Origin: Nitriliruptorales bacterium
Lineage (GTDB): Bacteria; Actinomycetota; Nitriliruptoria; Nitriliruptorales; JAHWKO01
Reading direction: 5' to 3'
DNA length: 64,000 nucleotides
Assembly (NCBI GenBank): GCA_046263195.1
Contig: JBHELG010000040.1
Coordinates: 1,186-65,185 of the forward strand
Positions 38,751 to 50,004 of the stretch are shown here, one piece after another (positions within the stretch are counted from its first letter, which is position 1; each line of letters opens with the position of its first letter). A model generated the notes under the pieces. The model was not told the DNA's origin. It made no database searches and saw only the letters and a program-made list of their open reading frames with translations. The translations under genes were made by a program, and so were the position numbers.

Positions 38751-41700
38751 CCCAGCGGCTCGGCCCGCTTCGGCGGAGCCAGCGCGTCCCGGAGGGAGGA
38801 CGCAACCCAGCCAACCAGGTCGTCGACGCCTGTGGAGGGCAGTGGCAGTTCGAGCTTCTCGGCCGAAGCTAGCCAACGGGCGCCGGGGAAGCGTCTTTGG
38901 AGGCGGACGTGCTGGGATTCGGCGAGGTGGACCGGGCTCACCCGCACCATCCGGTTCGGTAGCAACACGACCTCGGTCACCCCCCACCGGCGCAGAGCTG
39001 CCTTGAGGGCCGCGACAGCGAGCAGCTGCTCCGCCGGCGGGGGTGGGGGACCGAAGCGGTCCGCCAGCTCGGCTCGTACTCGGCTGACTCCAGCCGCGTC
39101 GCGTACCGCCGCAATCTTCTGGTACAGCTCCAGCCGCAGCCTCTCATCGGACACGTAGTCGATCGGTAGGTGCGCGTCGACCGGGAGCTCGAGCTTTATC
39201 TCGGCTTCCTCCTCGAGGGGTTGGCCGGCGAGGTCGGCGATCTCTTGCTTGAGCATCTCGGTGTAGGTGTCGAACCCCACCGCGGCTACCTGACCTGACT
39301 GTTCGGCTCCAACCACGTTGCCCGCTCCGCGGATCTCGAGGTCACGTAGGGCGATGGCGAGGCCGGAACCAAGGCGAGCGTGCTCGCCGATTGTCTGCAG
39401 CCGCTCGTAGGCACCCTCGGTCAAGGCTGCGTCGGGCGGAAAGAAGAGGTAGGCGTAGCCGCGTTCCGTCGAGCGTCCCACTCTCCCCCGCAGCTGGTGG
39501 AGCTGAGCCAGTCCGAGCAGGTCGGCCCGCTCGACGATCAAGGTGTTCGCGTTCGGAACGTCCAGCCCGGACTCGATGATCGTCGTGCAGCAGAGCAGGT
39601 CGAACTCGCGCTGCCAGAAGCGGACCATGACGCGCTCGAGGTCGGCCTCCGGCATCTGGCCGTGGGCGACCTCGATGCGGGCGTCCGGGACGAGCTCTTT
39701 CAGGTGCGCAGCGGCCTGGGAGATCGTGTCGACCTGGTTGTGCACGTAGAACACCTGCCCGTCGCGAAGCAGCTCGCGGCGTATCGCGAGGGCAACCTGG
39801 GCGTCGTCATACGGTGCCACGACCGTGTGGATGGGCTGGCGATCCTCAGGGGGGGTCTCGATCACCGACAGGTCTCGGATCCCACTGACGGCCATCTCGA
39901 GGGTGCGGGGAATCGGCGTCGCCGACATGGTCAGCACGTCGACGCTCGTGCGCAGCTGCTTCAGTCGCTCCTTGTGGCGCACCCCGAAGCGCTGTTCCTC
40001 GTCGACGATGACGAGCCCAAGACGCCTGAAGGTCACGGTCCGACTGAGCAGGGCGTGAGTGCCGATGACGAGATCGACGCTGCCCGCGGCGAGGCCATCG
40101 AGGATCTCCCGGCGCTCCCTGGGTGACACGAAGCGGCTGAGCATGCGCACCTGGACCGGGAATCCTGCGAAGCGCTCGCGGAAGGTCTCGTAGTGCTGCT
40201 GTGCCAGCAGCGTGGTCGGTACGAGCACCGCCACCTGCGCACCGTCGAATACCGCCTTGGCCGCGGCCCGCACCGCCACCTCGGTCTTGCCGAACCCGAC
40301 GTCACCGCACAACAGCCGATCCATCGGACGGCCCGACTCCATGTCCCGCTTGATCTCCTCGACGACGGCGAGCTGATCAGGCGTTTCGACATACTCGAAG
40401 GCGTCCTCCAGCTCTCGCTGCCAGGTCTCGTCCGGCCCGAAGACGTGGCCCTCAGCGTGGAGGCGGGCCGTGTAGAGGCGGATGAGCTCTGACGCGATCT
40501 CCCGGACCTCACCCCGGACGCGCCGTTTCGCCCGTTCCCACTCCGCTCCGCCCAGTCGCATGATCGCCGGTTGATCCGCCCCCACATAACGGGCGATCGC
40601 GTCGACCTGGTCGGAGGGAACATAGAGCGTGTCCCCCTTGGCGTACTCGAGCACGACATAGTCTCGGCTCGCGGTGGACCCCGACGGCGTCGGCACGCGC
40701 CGGGTCTCCATGCCGATGTAGCGGCCCACGCCGTGAGTGCGATGCACGACGTAATCGCCCGGTTCGAGCTCGAGTGCCGCCTCCTGAGCGGACGCTCGCG
40801 TACCCAGCCGTCGTCCAGCACGCCGTTGGCGCCTCGGCCCGAAGATGTCGCACTCGCCGAGCAGGGCGAGGTCGAGTTCGGCGGCGAGGAAACCCTGCCG
40901 CAGCGGACTGGCGACGACGTCCACCAGGCGGCCCGCCTCGTCCGCGGCAGTGGGGCCGAGGGCGTCAAGGCAGCGCGCCGGCGTGCCCTCCTCTCGCAGG
41001 AGCTCGCTCAGCCGCTGCGCCGGTCCGTGTCCCGCGGTGGTGGCGACCACACGTGTACCCGTGGCGAGGAGAGTGCGGCCACGTTCGGCCAGTGCCGCCG
41101 TGTCGCCTCGGAAGCTGTCCCAGGACTGCCCGGGCAGAGGCTGCACTGCTCGCGTGCCCTCAGGTGCGAACGGCGTCAGTTCCCAGACCGGGCCACGTGC
41201 GCGCTCGAGGAGAGCCGCGACACTTGTGTAGCCGGAGTCATCCGGCCTGTGTCCTGCCGCCGTCTCCCACGCGACCTCGAGCAGCGCCTCGGCCTCCTCG
41301 CGCAGCTTGGCCGCCCGTTCCCGCACGACAAGAGGGTCGACGAGGGCGATCCCGCCGCTGGCGAAGTCCGTGAGCAGCGCTGGGCGCGGATGGAGGAGGG
41401 TGACGAGGGACTCGACGCCTTCGAACATGATGCCCTCGGCGAGCTGCTCGAGGCGGTCGGCGATGCTCGGGAGAGCCCGGGCGAGCTGGCGGGCGCGCGA
41501 ACGCAATTCGTCGTCGAGGACGAGCTCACGGGCAGGATCGACTTGGACCCCTTCTAGCTCGCCTGTGGAGCGCTGGTCGGACACGGAGAACGAGCGCAGC
41601 GAAGCGACGTCGTCCCCCCAGAACTCGACCCGTACGGCATGGGGCGCGGCGGTGGGAAAGACATCGACGATTCCCCCTCGTATCGCGAATTGGCCCCGCG

Positions 41701-42253
41701 CCTCGACCTGAACGCTGCGTTCGTAACCGAGCTCACCGAGGGCTTCCAGGAGTTCATCGAAACCCTGGTAGCGGCGGTCGAGCCTCAGTGGTGCGCGTCC
41801 GACCTTCGGGTCCATCGGTTGCAGTGCGGCCCTTACGGGTGCAACGACAGCGGCGAGACCGCCACCCTGGGTTTCAACGCGTCCATTGCTGACGGCGTCG
41901 TGCTGACCGCTTCGAAGTCGATTGAGCACGGCCAGGCGCTGGCCCACGGTCGCGGCCTGGGGGCTGAGACGCTCGTGGGGCAGTGTTTCCCAGGGTGGGA
42001 AGAGAGCGACCTGTTCGTGGCCGAGGAAGGCCGTTAGTCCGTCGAAGAGTGCCTCCGCATCTGAGGTACGAGCGGTGACGACGAGCAGCGGAGCGGCACG
42101 TTCGGCGATGAGAGAGAGGACGTAGGGACGCACCGACGGGCTGGCGACGAGCTTGCCCGCCTCGAGGTCGTCGACGAGGCGATCGCGGCCACGGGCGAGC
42201 AGCCCGGCTAGGGGGCCGGACGCGAGGCGGGGTGGCGAGCTGAGAGTGCTCAT
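38708..42253 (-). CDS. mfd: transcription-repair coupling factor
   Basis: 1181 aa: [17 protein letters not shown] (RNAP-interaction domain), helicase motifs [14 protein letters not shown] and [13 protein letters not shown] motif region. Confidence 0.95.
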   Translation of the reverse strand: MSTLSSPPRLASGPLAGLLARGRDRLVDDLEAGKLVASPSVRPYVLSLIAERAAPLLVVTARTSDAEALFDGLTAFLGHEQVALFPPWETLPHERLSPQAATVGQRLAVLNRLRSGQHDAVSNGRVETQGGGLAAVVAPVRAALQPMDPKVGRAPLRLDRRYQGFDELLEALGELGYERSVQVEARGQFAIRGGIVDVFPTAAPHAVRVEFWGDDVASLRSFSVSDQRSTGELEGVQVDPARELVLDDELRSRARQLARALPSIADRLEQLAEGIMFEGVESLVTLLHPRPALLTDFASGGIALVDPLVVRERAAKLREEAEALLEVAWETAAGHRPDDSGYTSVAALLERARGPVWELTPFAPEGTRAVQPLPGQSWDSFRGDTAALAERGRTLLATGTRVVATTAGHGPAQRLSELLREEGTPARCLDALGPTAADEAGRLVDVVASPLRQGFLAAELDLALLGECDIFGPRRQRRAGRRLGTRASAQEAALELEPGDYVVHRTHGVGRYIGMETRRVPTPSGSTASRDYVVLEYAKGDTLYVPSDQVDAIARYVGADQPAIMRLGGAEWERAKRRVRGEVREIASELIRLYTARLHAEGHVFGPDETWQRELEDAFEYVETPDQLAVVEEIKRDMESGRPMDRLLCGDVGFGKTEVAVRAAAKAVFDGAQVAVLVPTTLLAQQHYETFRERFAGFPVQVRMLSRFVSPRERREILDGLAAGSVDLVIGTHALLSRTVTFRRLGLVIVDEEQRFGVRHKERLKQLRTSVDVLTMSATPIPRTLEMAVSGIRDLSVIETPPEDRQPIHTVVAPYDDAQVALAIRRELLRDGQVFYVHNQVDTISQAAAHLKELVPDARIEVAHGQMPEADLERVMVRFWQREFDLLCCTTIIESGLDVPNANTLIVERADLLGLAQLHQLRGRVGRSTERGYAYLFFPPDAALTEGAYERLQTIGEHARLGSGLAIALRDLEIRGAGNVVGAEQSGQVAAVGFDTYTEMLKQEIADLAGQPLEEEAEIKLELPVDAHLPIDYVSDERLRLELYQKIAAVRDAAGVSRVRAELADRFGPPPPPAEQLLAVAALKAALRRWGVTEVVLLPNRMVRVSPVHLAESQHVRLQRRFPGARWLASAEKLELPLPSTGVDDLVGWVASSLRDALAPPKRAEPLGQPQSRQTPTRSRR

Positions 42254-42328
42254 GTCTCCCAGGAATCCCGTGGTCGGGCGGGACGAGCGCGTCCCGCAGA
42301 AGAAGGCGGTCGGTTCCCCGCCGTAACG

Positions 42329-42949
42329 TCAGCTGCGGCGGTGAATGCGATTCTGTGTCGGTTCCAGGCCTTCGTGCACGAGCCCGAGAACGGCGTCGGC
42401 GGCCTCTTCGACGGCGACGTCGATCTCGGCCTGTTCCCGGGCAGTGAATCTGCTCAGAACGTAGTCTGCAGCCTCCATCCGCCCAGGCGGGCGGCCGATG
42501 CCGATCCGTACCCGCACGAAGTCGCGGGTGCCGAGACTCCGCACGAGATCGTCGAGCCCGCGGTGGCCTGCGGTGCCTCCTCCGATCTTCAGCCGAACAG
42601 TTGCAGCCTCGAGGTCGAGGTCGTCGTGGAGTACGACGAGGCGTTCGGGGGGGATCTTGTACCAGCTCGCGGCCTGACGCACCGGTGCCCCAGATTCGTT
42701 CATGAACGCCATGGGCAGGGCGATGACGAGTCGTACCTCGCGATCCCGAGCCTCAGCCACCTCACACCGCACGCGCTTGTTCGGCTTCAGGGAGACACCG
42801 AGACGCCGGGCGAGGAGGCGAACCGCTCGGGCTCCGACGTTGTGCCGGGTTGGGCCATAAGCGGCATCGGGGTTGCCGAGGCCGACAACCAGCCAGCGCT
42901 CCTCCGATGAGGGTCCGCCGTTGCCGCGACCCAAGAGCCACGAGAGCAC
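42329..42949 (-). CDS. pth: peptidyl-tRNA hydrolase
   Basis: WLVVGLGNPDAAYGPTRHNVG, and HDDLDL. Confidence 0.9.
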   Translation of the reverse strand: MLSWLLGRGNGGPSSEERWLVVGLGNPDAAYGPTRHNVGARAVRLLARRLGVSLKPNKRVRCEVAEARDREVRLVIALPMAFMNESGAPVRQAASWYKIPPERLVVLHDDLDLEAATVRLKIGGGTAGHRGLDDLVRSLGTRDFVRVRIGIGRPPGRMEAADYVLSRFTAREQAEIDVAVEEAADAVLGLVHEGLEPTQNRIHRRS

Positions 42950-42982
42950 GACCGCTTCGCCTCCAACCAGGATGGCGTTCGA

Positions 42983-43681
42983 CTACGACCCGCCCCCGCC
43001 CGTCTCCTCCGGCTCCTGCGACCGGCTGCCGATAGGGACACCCTCTTGCGGCAACCCTCCCATGGGAGCCGCCTGCGGAGGCATCGCTGCGGCCTCTTCC
43101 GGCCGTTCCTCCTCCTCGACCTCCACGAGGCTCGGGGCCGTGCAGGTGACGACCGTTCGGTCGGCCTCGATGTCGAGCTCCGCTCCACTTGGCAGCGGCA
43201 TGTCGGCGACCCGCAGCACATCCCCGATGATCATGTCGCTGACGTCGAGTGTGAACGATGGGGGAATGTCGAGTGGCCTGACCCGGATGGGGACCTGATG
43301 GAGAACCTGCGAGACGACCCCCGGGGAGGAGACGTCGTCCACGCCTTCGAGGTGGATGGGCACCTCGACACGGACCAGCCTCTCCCGCTCGAGGGCGAAG
43401 AAGTCGACGTGCAGAAGGTCACCTCGCACCGGATGGCGCTGCACTTCGCGAGGGATGGTGAGGTGCTGCTCGCCATCCACGTCGAGCTGGACGATGACGT
43501 TCCCTCCGGCCTCGGTGTGGAGGACGTGGTAGAGGTCGAGGGCATCGACATGCAGGCTCGTCGTCTCAACGTCAGCTCCGTAGACGACAGCTGGGACCCT
43601 TCCCTCCCTTCGCAGCCGTCGCGCCGCGTTCTTTCCGGTTTCGCTACGAACCGTGGCTGAGAGCTTCACCTGGTCGGCCAT
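42983..43681 (-). CDS. rplY: 50S ribosomal protein L25/general stress protein Ctc
   Basis: 232 aa: VRSETGKNAARRLRREGRVPAVVYG, with an acidic C-terminal tail. Confidence 0.9.
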   Translation of the reverse strand: MADQVKLSATVRSETGKNAARRLRREGRVPAVVYGADVETTSLHVDALDLYHVLHTEAGGNVIVQLDVDGEQHLTIPREVQRHPVRGDLLHVDFFALERERLVRVEVPIHLEGVDDVSSPGVVSQVLHQVPIRVRPLDIPPSFTLDVSDMIIGDVLRVADMPLPSGAELDIEADRTVVTCTAPSLVEVEEEERPEEAAAMPPQAAPMGGLPQEGVPIGSRSQEPEETGGGGS

Positions 43682-43944
43682 CGGTCGTGCTCCTTCGAGA
43701 GCAGAGCTAACGCACTTCGGGGGCTATTCATCATGGCAGCGCACCGACGGAGGGCCTCAGGCGCCGGCCGGGGTGGCGGACTCGAGGAGGAGGTGCGCCT
43801 GGTCGGGACCATTTCGGTCACTCGAACTGCACCCGAGTAGCCAAACGGGTGATTGGAGGGAGGGTAGCTGGCCTGCTGGCGCCCCGGCAACAGGGCATCG
43901 GGTGCCGCCCCGTCCAGTCCCGACGGCCGCTAGCGCCAACCACA

Positions 43945-44487
43945 TCAGTTCAGCGACGGGTCGTGGGGGAAGGTGCGGTAAACACCACCCTGGCGCCTGA
44001 GGACGTGCTGCCACAGCCCCTCGGGCTCGGAGCTGAAAGCATCGCCAGGCTCCGCCTCGACCACGAACCAGGAACCAGCAGCGACCTCGGCCTCGAGCTG
44101 CCCGGCAGCCCAGCCCGCATGGCCCGCGAACAGCCGAACCTCATCGAGCCCGATCTCGTCCGGGGAGCGGCTAAGGTCGAGCATGCCGAGCTCGCCGATG
44201 ACCTGCTGCCAGCCTTCGACATCCATGCTCCCACGACGGCAACCCAGTCCTATGACAGCGTTGGGCTCGACCGGCCCCCCCACGAAGACGACGGAGGGCT
44301 GGGCGGCAAACCGGTCCCAGTCCTGCAGCGTGACAGCCACAGCGACTTCGCTCGGCCGGTTTAGGATGACACCGAGAGCACCATCGGCCCCATGATGGAG
44401 GAGCAGCACGACGCAGCGACGAAAGTTGGGATCGACCAACGGCGGAGCCGCGACGATGAGCCGCCCTGTCAGCGTGGTCTCGACCAT
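43945..44487 (-). CDS. YqgE/AlgH-family (UPF0301) protein
   Basis: GRLIVAAPPLVDPNFRRCVVLLLHHGADGALGVILNRP. The start is taken at the internal ATG (MVETTL...). Confidence 0.75.
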   Translation of the reverse strand: MVETTLTGRLIVAAPPLVDPNFRRCVVLLLHHGADGALGVILNRPSEVAVAVTLQDWDRFAAQPSVVFVGGPVEPNAVIGLGCRRGSMDVEGWQQVIGELGMLDLSRSPDEIGLDEVRLFAGHAGWAAGQLEAEVAAGSWFVVEAEPGDAFSSEPEGLWQHVLRRQGGVYRTFPHDPSLN

Positions 44488-44756
44488 GACCGTTCGGGGC
44501 AGTGTCTGCTCGTGATCCCGCGTCGCCCGCCCACGGGAACACGTCGCGATCAAGCGAAACAGGTTATCGAAGCGGGTCGACGGAAAGATGGAGCCGCAGC
44601 CCGGCCACCCGAACCGCGGCCTCGCGCCTCTTCGCCGCCACCCTCGGCCTCGTGATCCCGGTTCGACCTCCCGAAATGCGGCAAATCATTCCTCAAGTCG
44701 CGGTGTGAGCGGCCGATACCTAAGTCTAAGACCCGTTCCGGGCGTGTTGTCCCGGA

Positions 44757-45506
44757 GTGATGACAGCGAGTTCCGACCAGGGGAACCTCTCGATGACTCT
44801 CACGCGACGCATCCTCACACTAGGGGCCACAGCGCTGGCAGCGGTGGCGATCGCAACACCGGCCCTGGCCCATCAGGACCCGAACAATGCGACCACCAAT
44901 GACGAGCACAACCACGCCGTCACCTACTGTCGCGACAGCACCCAGCATCCTGGTGAAGGCGATGTCATCACCACCAGTGAAAAGCCAAGTGGCAACTGGC
45001 ACGAATGCCAGTCGGGCGAGGCTGCCGGCTATGAAGCGGCGCGTAAGCAGCGCTACGAAGCCGAGGCAGCCGCGCGGGAGCAGGAGAGCCAGCGCCGGCA
45101 GCAGGTGATCGCCCGCGAGCAGGCCGAAGCGGACACCCTCGAGGAGCAGGCGAAACTCTGCACGAAGCAGCCGTCGCTAGCCGCGTGCAGCCCTTACACC
45201 AGCAGCGTTCCCCAATCCAAGCCTGCCCCGCCGAAACCCGTCTCGTACCACCGTGAGACGCAGCAGGAGAAAGCGTCCCGTTACGGCAACCCGGCCGGTG
45301 TGGAGGTCCGTCCCGTCGCGGATCGGCCCGAGGACGAAGGCTTGGAGGACGCCGTCGACGTTCCCGACACGGATGGCTTCGCTCTAATCGATCGCGCGCT
45401 ACGACCCGGACCGCGCAACCTCGTTTGGTTCTCCGCCGTCGCAATGGCAGCGATCGCATCGCTCGGCTACGGTCTCTGGAGGATCCTGTTCGTCGGGGAC
45501 GTTTAG
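44757..45506 (+). CDS. secreted/anchored hypothetical protein
   Basis: Signal peptide (LTLGATALAAVAIATPALA), a charged coiled region and a C-terminal TM (LVWFSAVAMAAIASLGYGLW). Confidence 0.55.
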   Translation: MMTASSDQGNLSMTLTRRILTLGATALAAVAIATPALAHQDPNNATTNDEHNHAVTYCRDSTQHPGEGDVITTSEKPSGNWHECQSGEAAGYEAARKQRYEAEAAAREQESQRRQQVIAREQAEADTLEEQAKLCTKQPSLAACSPYTSSVPQSKPAPPKPVSYHRETQQEKASRYGNPAGVEVRPVADRPEDEGLEDAVDVPDTDGFALIDRALRPGPRNLVWFSAVAMAAIASLGYGLWRILFVGDV

Positions 45507-45520
45507 AACATCCCCGCCCC

Positions 45521-45544
45521 TGGAGCCCCCGCACGGGGGCTCCA
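45521..45544. terminator. bidirectional stem-loop between convergent genes
   Basis: TGGAGCCCCCG-ca-CGGGGGCTCCA (11-bp stem, 2-nt loop) followed by TTGCGTTGTT. Confidence 0.55.
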
Positions 45545-45573
45545 TTGCGTTGTTCCAGCCGGACGCGGCCGGC

Positions 45574-46551
45574 TCAGACGTTCTCGCCCCGGAAGATCTC
45601 CGAGACCGACTCGTCTTCGAATACAGCCCTCAGCGCCGAGGCGAGGATCGGCGCGATGGACAGCACGACCATCTTCTCGGGCCGTCGCTCGGCTGTGATG
45701 GGCAGGGTGTTGGTAACGACGACCGTTTCGATCTCCGACTCCTGCAGCCGCTCGAGCGCAGGGCCCGACAGGATCGCATGGGTCGCGCACGCGATTACCC
45801 GAGCCGCCCCGTGAGTCTTGAGCACCCGAGCCGCCTGGGTGATGGTCCCGGCCGTGTCGATCATGTCGTCGACAAGGATTGCGGTCTTGCCCTCGACGTT
45901 GCCGACGACCTCGAGTATCTGCGCCACGTTGTGGCCGGTTCGCCGCTTGTGCAGGATCGCGATCGGGGCGTGGAGGTGGCCGGCGAACTTCTCCGCCAGC
46001 CGTACCCGCCCCGCGTCCGGCGACACCACCACCCGGTCCCGCTCGCCGACGTGTTCTGCCAGCCAACCACCCAGTAGCGGCAGGGCGGTGAGGTGATCGA
46101 ACGGCTGGTCGAAGAACCCTTGGATCTGACCGGTGTGGAGGTCCACGGACATGCAGCGGTCAGCCCCGGCCGCTGCGAACAGATCGGCCATGAGCTTTGC
46201 CGCCACCGGTTCTCGCGACAGGGTCTTCTTGTCGGAGCGGGCATAGCCGTAACAGGGGACGACTGCGACGATCCGCTTCGCCGATGCCCGCTTGAGAGCG
46301 TCGATCATGACGAGCTGCTCGACGATGTGATCATTGATGGAGCGCTCCGCCGTGCTGCAGTGGGACTGGATGACGAACGCGTCGGCACCCCGAACCGACT
46401 CCAGGTAGCGACAGTACAGCTCACCATTCGCGAAGCGGCCAAGTCTCGCCTCGCCGAGACGCATGCCGAGGTGGTCGGCGACCTCGCGGGCGAACTCCGG
46501 GTACGCCGACCCGGAGAAGAGCATCATCCGCTTCTTTGTGACCACTTCCAT
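45574..46551 (-). CDS. prs: ribose-phosphate pyrophosphokinase
   Basis: MLFSGSAYPEFAREVADHLG, DLHTGQIQGFF, LVDDMIDTAGT. ATG at 46551 (internal to ORF 45574..46644). Confidence 0.93.
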   Translation of the reverse strand: MEVVTKKRMMLFSGSAYPEFAREVADHLGMRLGEARLGRFANGELYCRYLESVRGADAFVIQSHCSTAERSINDHIVEQLVMIDALKRASAKRIVAVVPCYGYARSDKKTLSREPVAAKLMADLFAAAGADRCMSVDLHTGQIQGFFDQPFDHLTALPLLGGWLAEHVGERDRVVVSPDAGRVRLAEKFAGHLHAPIAILHKRRTGHNVAQILEVVGNVEGKTAILVDDMIDTAGTITQAARVLKTHGAARVIACATHAILSGPALERLQESEIETVVVTNTLPITAERRPEKMVVLSIAPILASALRAVFEDESVSEIFRGENV

Positions 46552-46707
46552 GTCAACCGGTCCTTGCCTGAATTCGTGCGGCCCCAGCCCCTCAGCGCAC
46601 TCCGGCCCAGCCATCCCGCACCGGGGACCGCTGGCGGCGGGCACAGATTAGCGCGTCGATTTCTCCGCCATGGGGCCCGCCTGTCAGGCCCACCCGCCCC
46701 ATCCGAG

Positions 46708-47358
46708 TCACGGCAAGAGGGCGTGGCGGACGAAGGCGATCAGCTCCTCCTCTCGGCGGGCGAGGGCGGCCGCCCCGGTCGACGCACCCCCCACGGCACG
46801 AAACACGCCAGCCTCGGTCAGCGAGCCGACGACCGCCGTATAGAGCGTGAACAGCAGCAAGGCTGGATCCTGCCGGCGGAAGGCACCGCAAGCCATGCCT
46901 TCCTCGAGATGCGCAAGGGCTCGCAGTCGCAGTGGCTCGAGCCCCACAGCTACACGCTGAACCGTCTCGTGGCTCTTGCGCGCCGCCTCTCGCGCGAACG
47001 GAGGCAACTCCGGACGTTCGCGGGCCAGGGCGAACACCGCTCGGATGACGCGCTCCACCCGCTCCCAGCCTTCGGACGGGTCGTCAATTGTCCCGCCCGC
47101 GTGCTTGGAGCAGCCGAAACCGCTCTCACACCCGTCGAGCGCCGCGGTCAGGGCTTCGCGTACCGCCGCTACGAACTCCTCGACGCAAGCCTCGAACAGC
47201 GCCTCCTTCGAGGGGAAGTGGTAGAGCAGGCTCTGCTTGCGCACTCCCACCGCCTCGGCGACCTGCTCGAGACTCGTGGCGTCGTAGCCGCGAGAGCCGA
47301 AGAGGCGCAAGGCGGCAGGGACGATGGCGCGACGCGTTGCACCTCCGGCTCGAGTCAT
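46708..47358 (-). CDS. TetR-family transcriptional regulator
   Basis: Only the last 216 aa of the ORF are TetR-like, with the HTH RAIVPAALRLFGSRGYDATSLEQVAEAVGVRKQSLLYHFPSKEALF. ATG at 47358. Confidence 0.85.
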   Translation of the reverse strand: MTRAGGATRRAIVPAALRLFGSRGYDATSLEQVAEAVGVRKQSLLYHFPSKEALFEACVEEFVAAVREALTAALDGCESGFGCSKHAGGTIDDPSEGWERVERVIRAVFALARERPELPPFAREAARKSHETVQRVAVGLEPLRLRALAHLEEGMACGAFRRQDPALLLFTLYTAVVGSLTEAGVFRAVGGASTGAAALARREEELIAFVRHALLP

Positions 47359-47518
47359 CCCGGAATGCTCAGGTAGTGCCGTCCAGCGTCCTGCCCCCAC
47401 CGAGCAGACGGGTCGCGGTCCTTGCCAGGACTTGTCTCGCCGCACACGCCGAGACCGCCCCCAGGCCAAAGACAGCTGCTGCCCCAGGAAGCTCCCGCGG
47501 TCTCCACCCAATCGCCGG

Positions 47519-48430
47519 CTAGACGCGAGAACGTGGCCATGCCCGCCGGGGGGTCGATGAGGGACGAGTCGCGTCCCACACCCGCCGCCAGCGGGGGCCC
47601 GGAGGACCGCTCGGGTCGTCGCTCTCATCGGCCGCCGCTGCGCGCTGAGCCTCCCACCACGTCGCTTTGTGCTCGTGCAACGAGCGGGCCAGCGCCGCCC
47701 TGACCCGCTCATTCAGTTCGACCGTGCGCTCACCGGCTGCCGGCACGACCGGAGCCCCGAATCGGACCGCGACCGGCGGCCGGCCCGGCAGGGGCCATGC
47801 CCGTCCTCGCGGCATCGCCCGGAATGCGCCGTGCACCGCGACGGGGACGAGGGGTGCACCCGCATACGATGCGAGCATCGCCGCACCGCGCTTGAAATCC
47901 CCCATCCAGCCATCGTGGGAGCGCGTCCCCTCGGGGAACACGAGGAGATTCCAACGCTGTGCGAGCAGGTCACGTGCGACACCCACCGAGCGCAGCGCCC
48001 CGGCCCGTTCGACAGGGAAGGCGTTGAAGACCAGCGCGGTGGCATGGGCCCGCCACCAGGCATCGAAGAAGTAGTCCGCGGCGGCACCAACGGCGGTGCG
48101 CTCCTGCCAGGCCGGCGGCAGGGACGTCAGGATGAGTGGTGCGTCGAGATGGCTCGTGTGGTTTGCGACGAACACGACCGGCGGGCGCAGGCCATCGAGG
48201 ACGTCACGGCCATGTACCGAGACGTCGACCTCGGCGTGAAGCAGTGGTCTGAGCCCGAAGCGAAGGATGAGCGCCCGAGCCTGGCAGGCCCCTGGTCTCC
48301 GTGCCCAGTTCAGATCGCGATTGGAGGTCACGACGGCGGGAGGCTCGACCGACTCGGGAAGCAGCGGCTGATGCCCCCAGCGCCAACCTCGGGCTATGGC
48401 GGCGAGGTCGCTTGCGAGTCCCACGATCAC
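47519..48430 (-). CDS. lysophospholipid/1-acyl-glycerol-3-phosphate acyltransferase family protein (PlsC/AGPAT)
   Basis: HX4D motif VANHTSHLDAP, FPEGTRS, and PLVPVAVHG. The GTG start overlaps the upstream stop (GTGA). Confidence 0.85.
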   Translation of the reverse strand: MIVGLASDLAAIARGWRWGHQPLLPESVEPPAVVTSNRDLNWARRPGACQARALILRFGLRPLLHAEVDVSVHGRDVLDGLRPPVVFVANHTSHLDAPLILTSLPPAWQERTAVGAAADYFFDAWWRAHATALVFNAFPVERAGALRSVGVARDLLAQRWNLLVFPEGTRSHDGWMGDFKRGAAMLASYAGAPLVPVAVHGAFRAMPRGRAWPLPGRPPVAVRFGAPVVPAAGERTVELNERVRAALARSLHEHKATWWEAQRAAAADESDDPSGPPGPRWRRVWDATRPSSTPRRAWPRSRV

Positions 48431-50004
48431 CTCACGTCAGCCAGTAGCAGCGGGGGGCATTTCAGTGCCGTGATCCGGGGTGACGAGCCCACCGTGTCCG
48501 AGGCGATTTCGAGGGCGTCCGCCAGCGTGGACGCCGAGCGGAAGCCGAGCCGTTCGACGGTCCTGCGCTGGCCTCCCACGAAAATGACGTCCCCCAGGTG
48601 GTCGATCGCGTGTGCGGCCCAGTACCACATGTAGAAGGGATGGACGCCGTGATAGGCATAGGAGCGCCGGTAGAGGTGGATGAACCAGGGATCGGTGGCG
48701 AACTGCTGCTCGTACTTCGACTCGATCACTGCTGGGTCGGTGGTCTCGGCCAGGACCTCGTCGAAGAAGTCGACGTAGGAGGGGTGGTGGATCTGGTGGA
48801 ACTCGCGGCGGACCGGATGGAACAGGATCATGACGCCGCCGGGACGCACGAGAGGCCGCCCCCGGTACATGTTGAAGAAGTAGCCGAGCCCTTCACACAC
48901 GACGAGGATGGGGTTCATGATCGAGTTGACGTTGTAGGGCCCGATGTAGGGCAGGCCGGCCACGAGAACGTCAGCCTGGCCTTCGACCTCGACGAGTTGC
49001 TGGCGGTGAACGTTGCTGAGGGTGCGCTCGTGCACGGCGTCCGTGTCGCCCGCATGCACCCCGGTCACGCCGTAGGGGGCGGCGGCCTTCTGGAAGATGG
49101 CTCTCTTCGCGCTGGCGGGCAAACTGTCGGTGACCCGCTTCGTGGCGAGGAAGGAGGCCTGGTCGGCGAGCGACCATTCCCATTCGCGCTTCATGAGGAA
49201 CTCGACCGGCGGCCCGAAGGCCTTGTTGTCGAGAGTCGTCTCGATGGTGAAGACCCGCACGTGCTCGGCGAGCAGCCGCCCCATCCGTGAGCAGCTGTCG
49301 TGCAGAGCGCTGGACGTCGGATCCATATAGGAGCGCGAGTGCAGCATGGTGTGAACATTGTGGTGGGCACGCAGGCTGCGATAGGAGGCGAGCCCGACGG
49401 GAACGCTCTTGTGTCCGCCGTCCATGGCCACGAGGTTGATGTTCACGTACACGACGAGGTCGCTCGTCGCGGCTCGGGCGTTGATCTCGACCACCTCGCC
49501 GCGTTCCGTCTCACCGAGAAAGGCGAGGTTCGCATGGTCCTCAGCATCATGGTTGGTGAGGTCGTGAGGCCAGAAGGAGCGGAAGACCCGCTCTCCGAGG
49601 CATCGCCGGAGCTCCTCGGGCGTCATACGCCGGTGCAACGAGTTCGCCACGAGGAGTTTCACGTCGTCGACGCCGGCCCGCGCGGCACGCTCGAGGACCT
49701 TCTCGATGACGAGCTGGCGGACATCGGGCAGTCGCATCGGAGGCAGTGGCAGCGAGATGTCGTCGAAGGCGACCGTCAGGCGCATCCCGGGGCGCAGCAG
49801 CGCGTCCAGTGGCTCTGAGTCGAGTGGCTGATCGAGCGCCGCCTCGATGGCTCCGCCGAAGTCCCGGAGCGCTGGTAAAGGATCGGGGGGGTAGACGACC
49901 CGGCTGCCGAGCGGGAGCCGCTCGAGTCGGAAGTTCTCACCATGATGGAACAGGAGCGGCGGAGTGCGCTTGTCCACCCGGAGCACGAAACCGGGACGAC
50001 TCAC
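48427..50004 (-). CDS. LarA-N/DUF2088 (lactate-racemase-like) domain protein
   Basis: 525 aa. The N-terminal region (LRPGMRLTVAFDDISLPLPPM...) and the DGGHKSVP segment resemble the nickel-pincer-dependent racemase/epimerase family. This recognition is from memory only. Confidence 0.6.
   Translation of the reverse strand: MSRPGFVLRVDKRTPPLLFHHGENFRLERLPLGSRVVYPPDPLPALRDFGGAIEAALDQPLDSEPLDALLRPGMRLTVAFDDISLPLPPMRLPDVRQLVIEKVLERAARAGVDDVKLLVANSLHRRMTPEELRRCLGERVFRSFWPHDLTNHDAEDHANLAFLGETERGEVVEINARAATSDLVVYVNINLVAMDGGHKSVPVGLASYRSLRAHHNVHTMLHSRSYMDPTSSALHDSCSRMGRLLAEHVRVFTIETTLDNKAFGPPVEFLMKREWEWSLADQASFLATKRVTDSLPASAKRAIFQKAAAPYGVTGVHAGDTDAVHERTLSNVHRQQLVEVEGQADVLVAGLPYIGPYNVNSIMNPILVVCEGLGYFFNMYRGRPLVRPGGVMILFHPVRREFHQIHHPSYVDFFDEVLAETTDPAVIESKYEQQFATDPWFIHLYRRSYAYHGVHPFYMWYWAAHAIDHLGDVIFVGGQRRTVERLGFRSASTLADALEIASDTVGSSPRITALKCPPLLLADVR

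Noticed and set aside
46708-47712. 334-aa ORF as a long TetR-fusion protein
   Set aside because: The first ~118 aa are low-complexity (Arg/Gly/Pro). The TetR HTH begins right after an internal ATG at 47358, so I called only 46708..47358.
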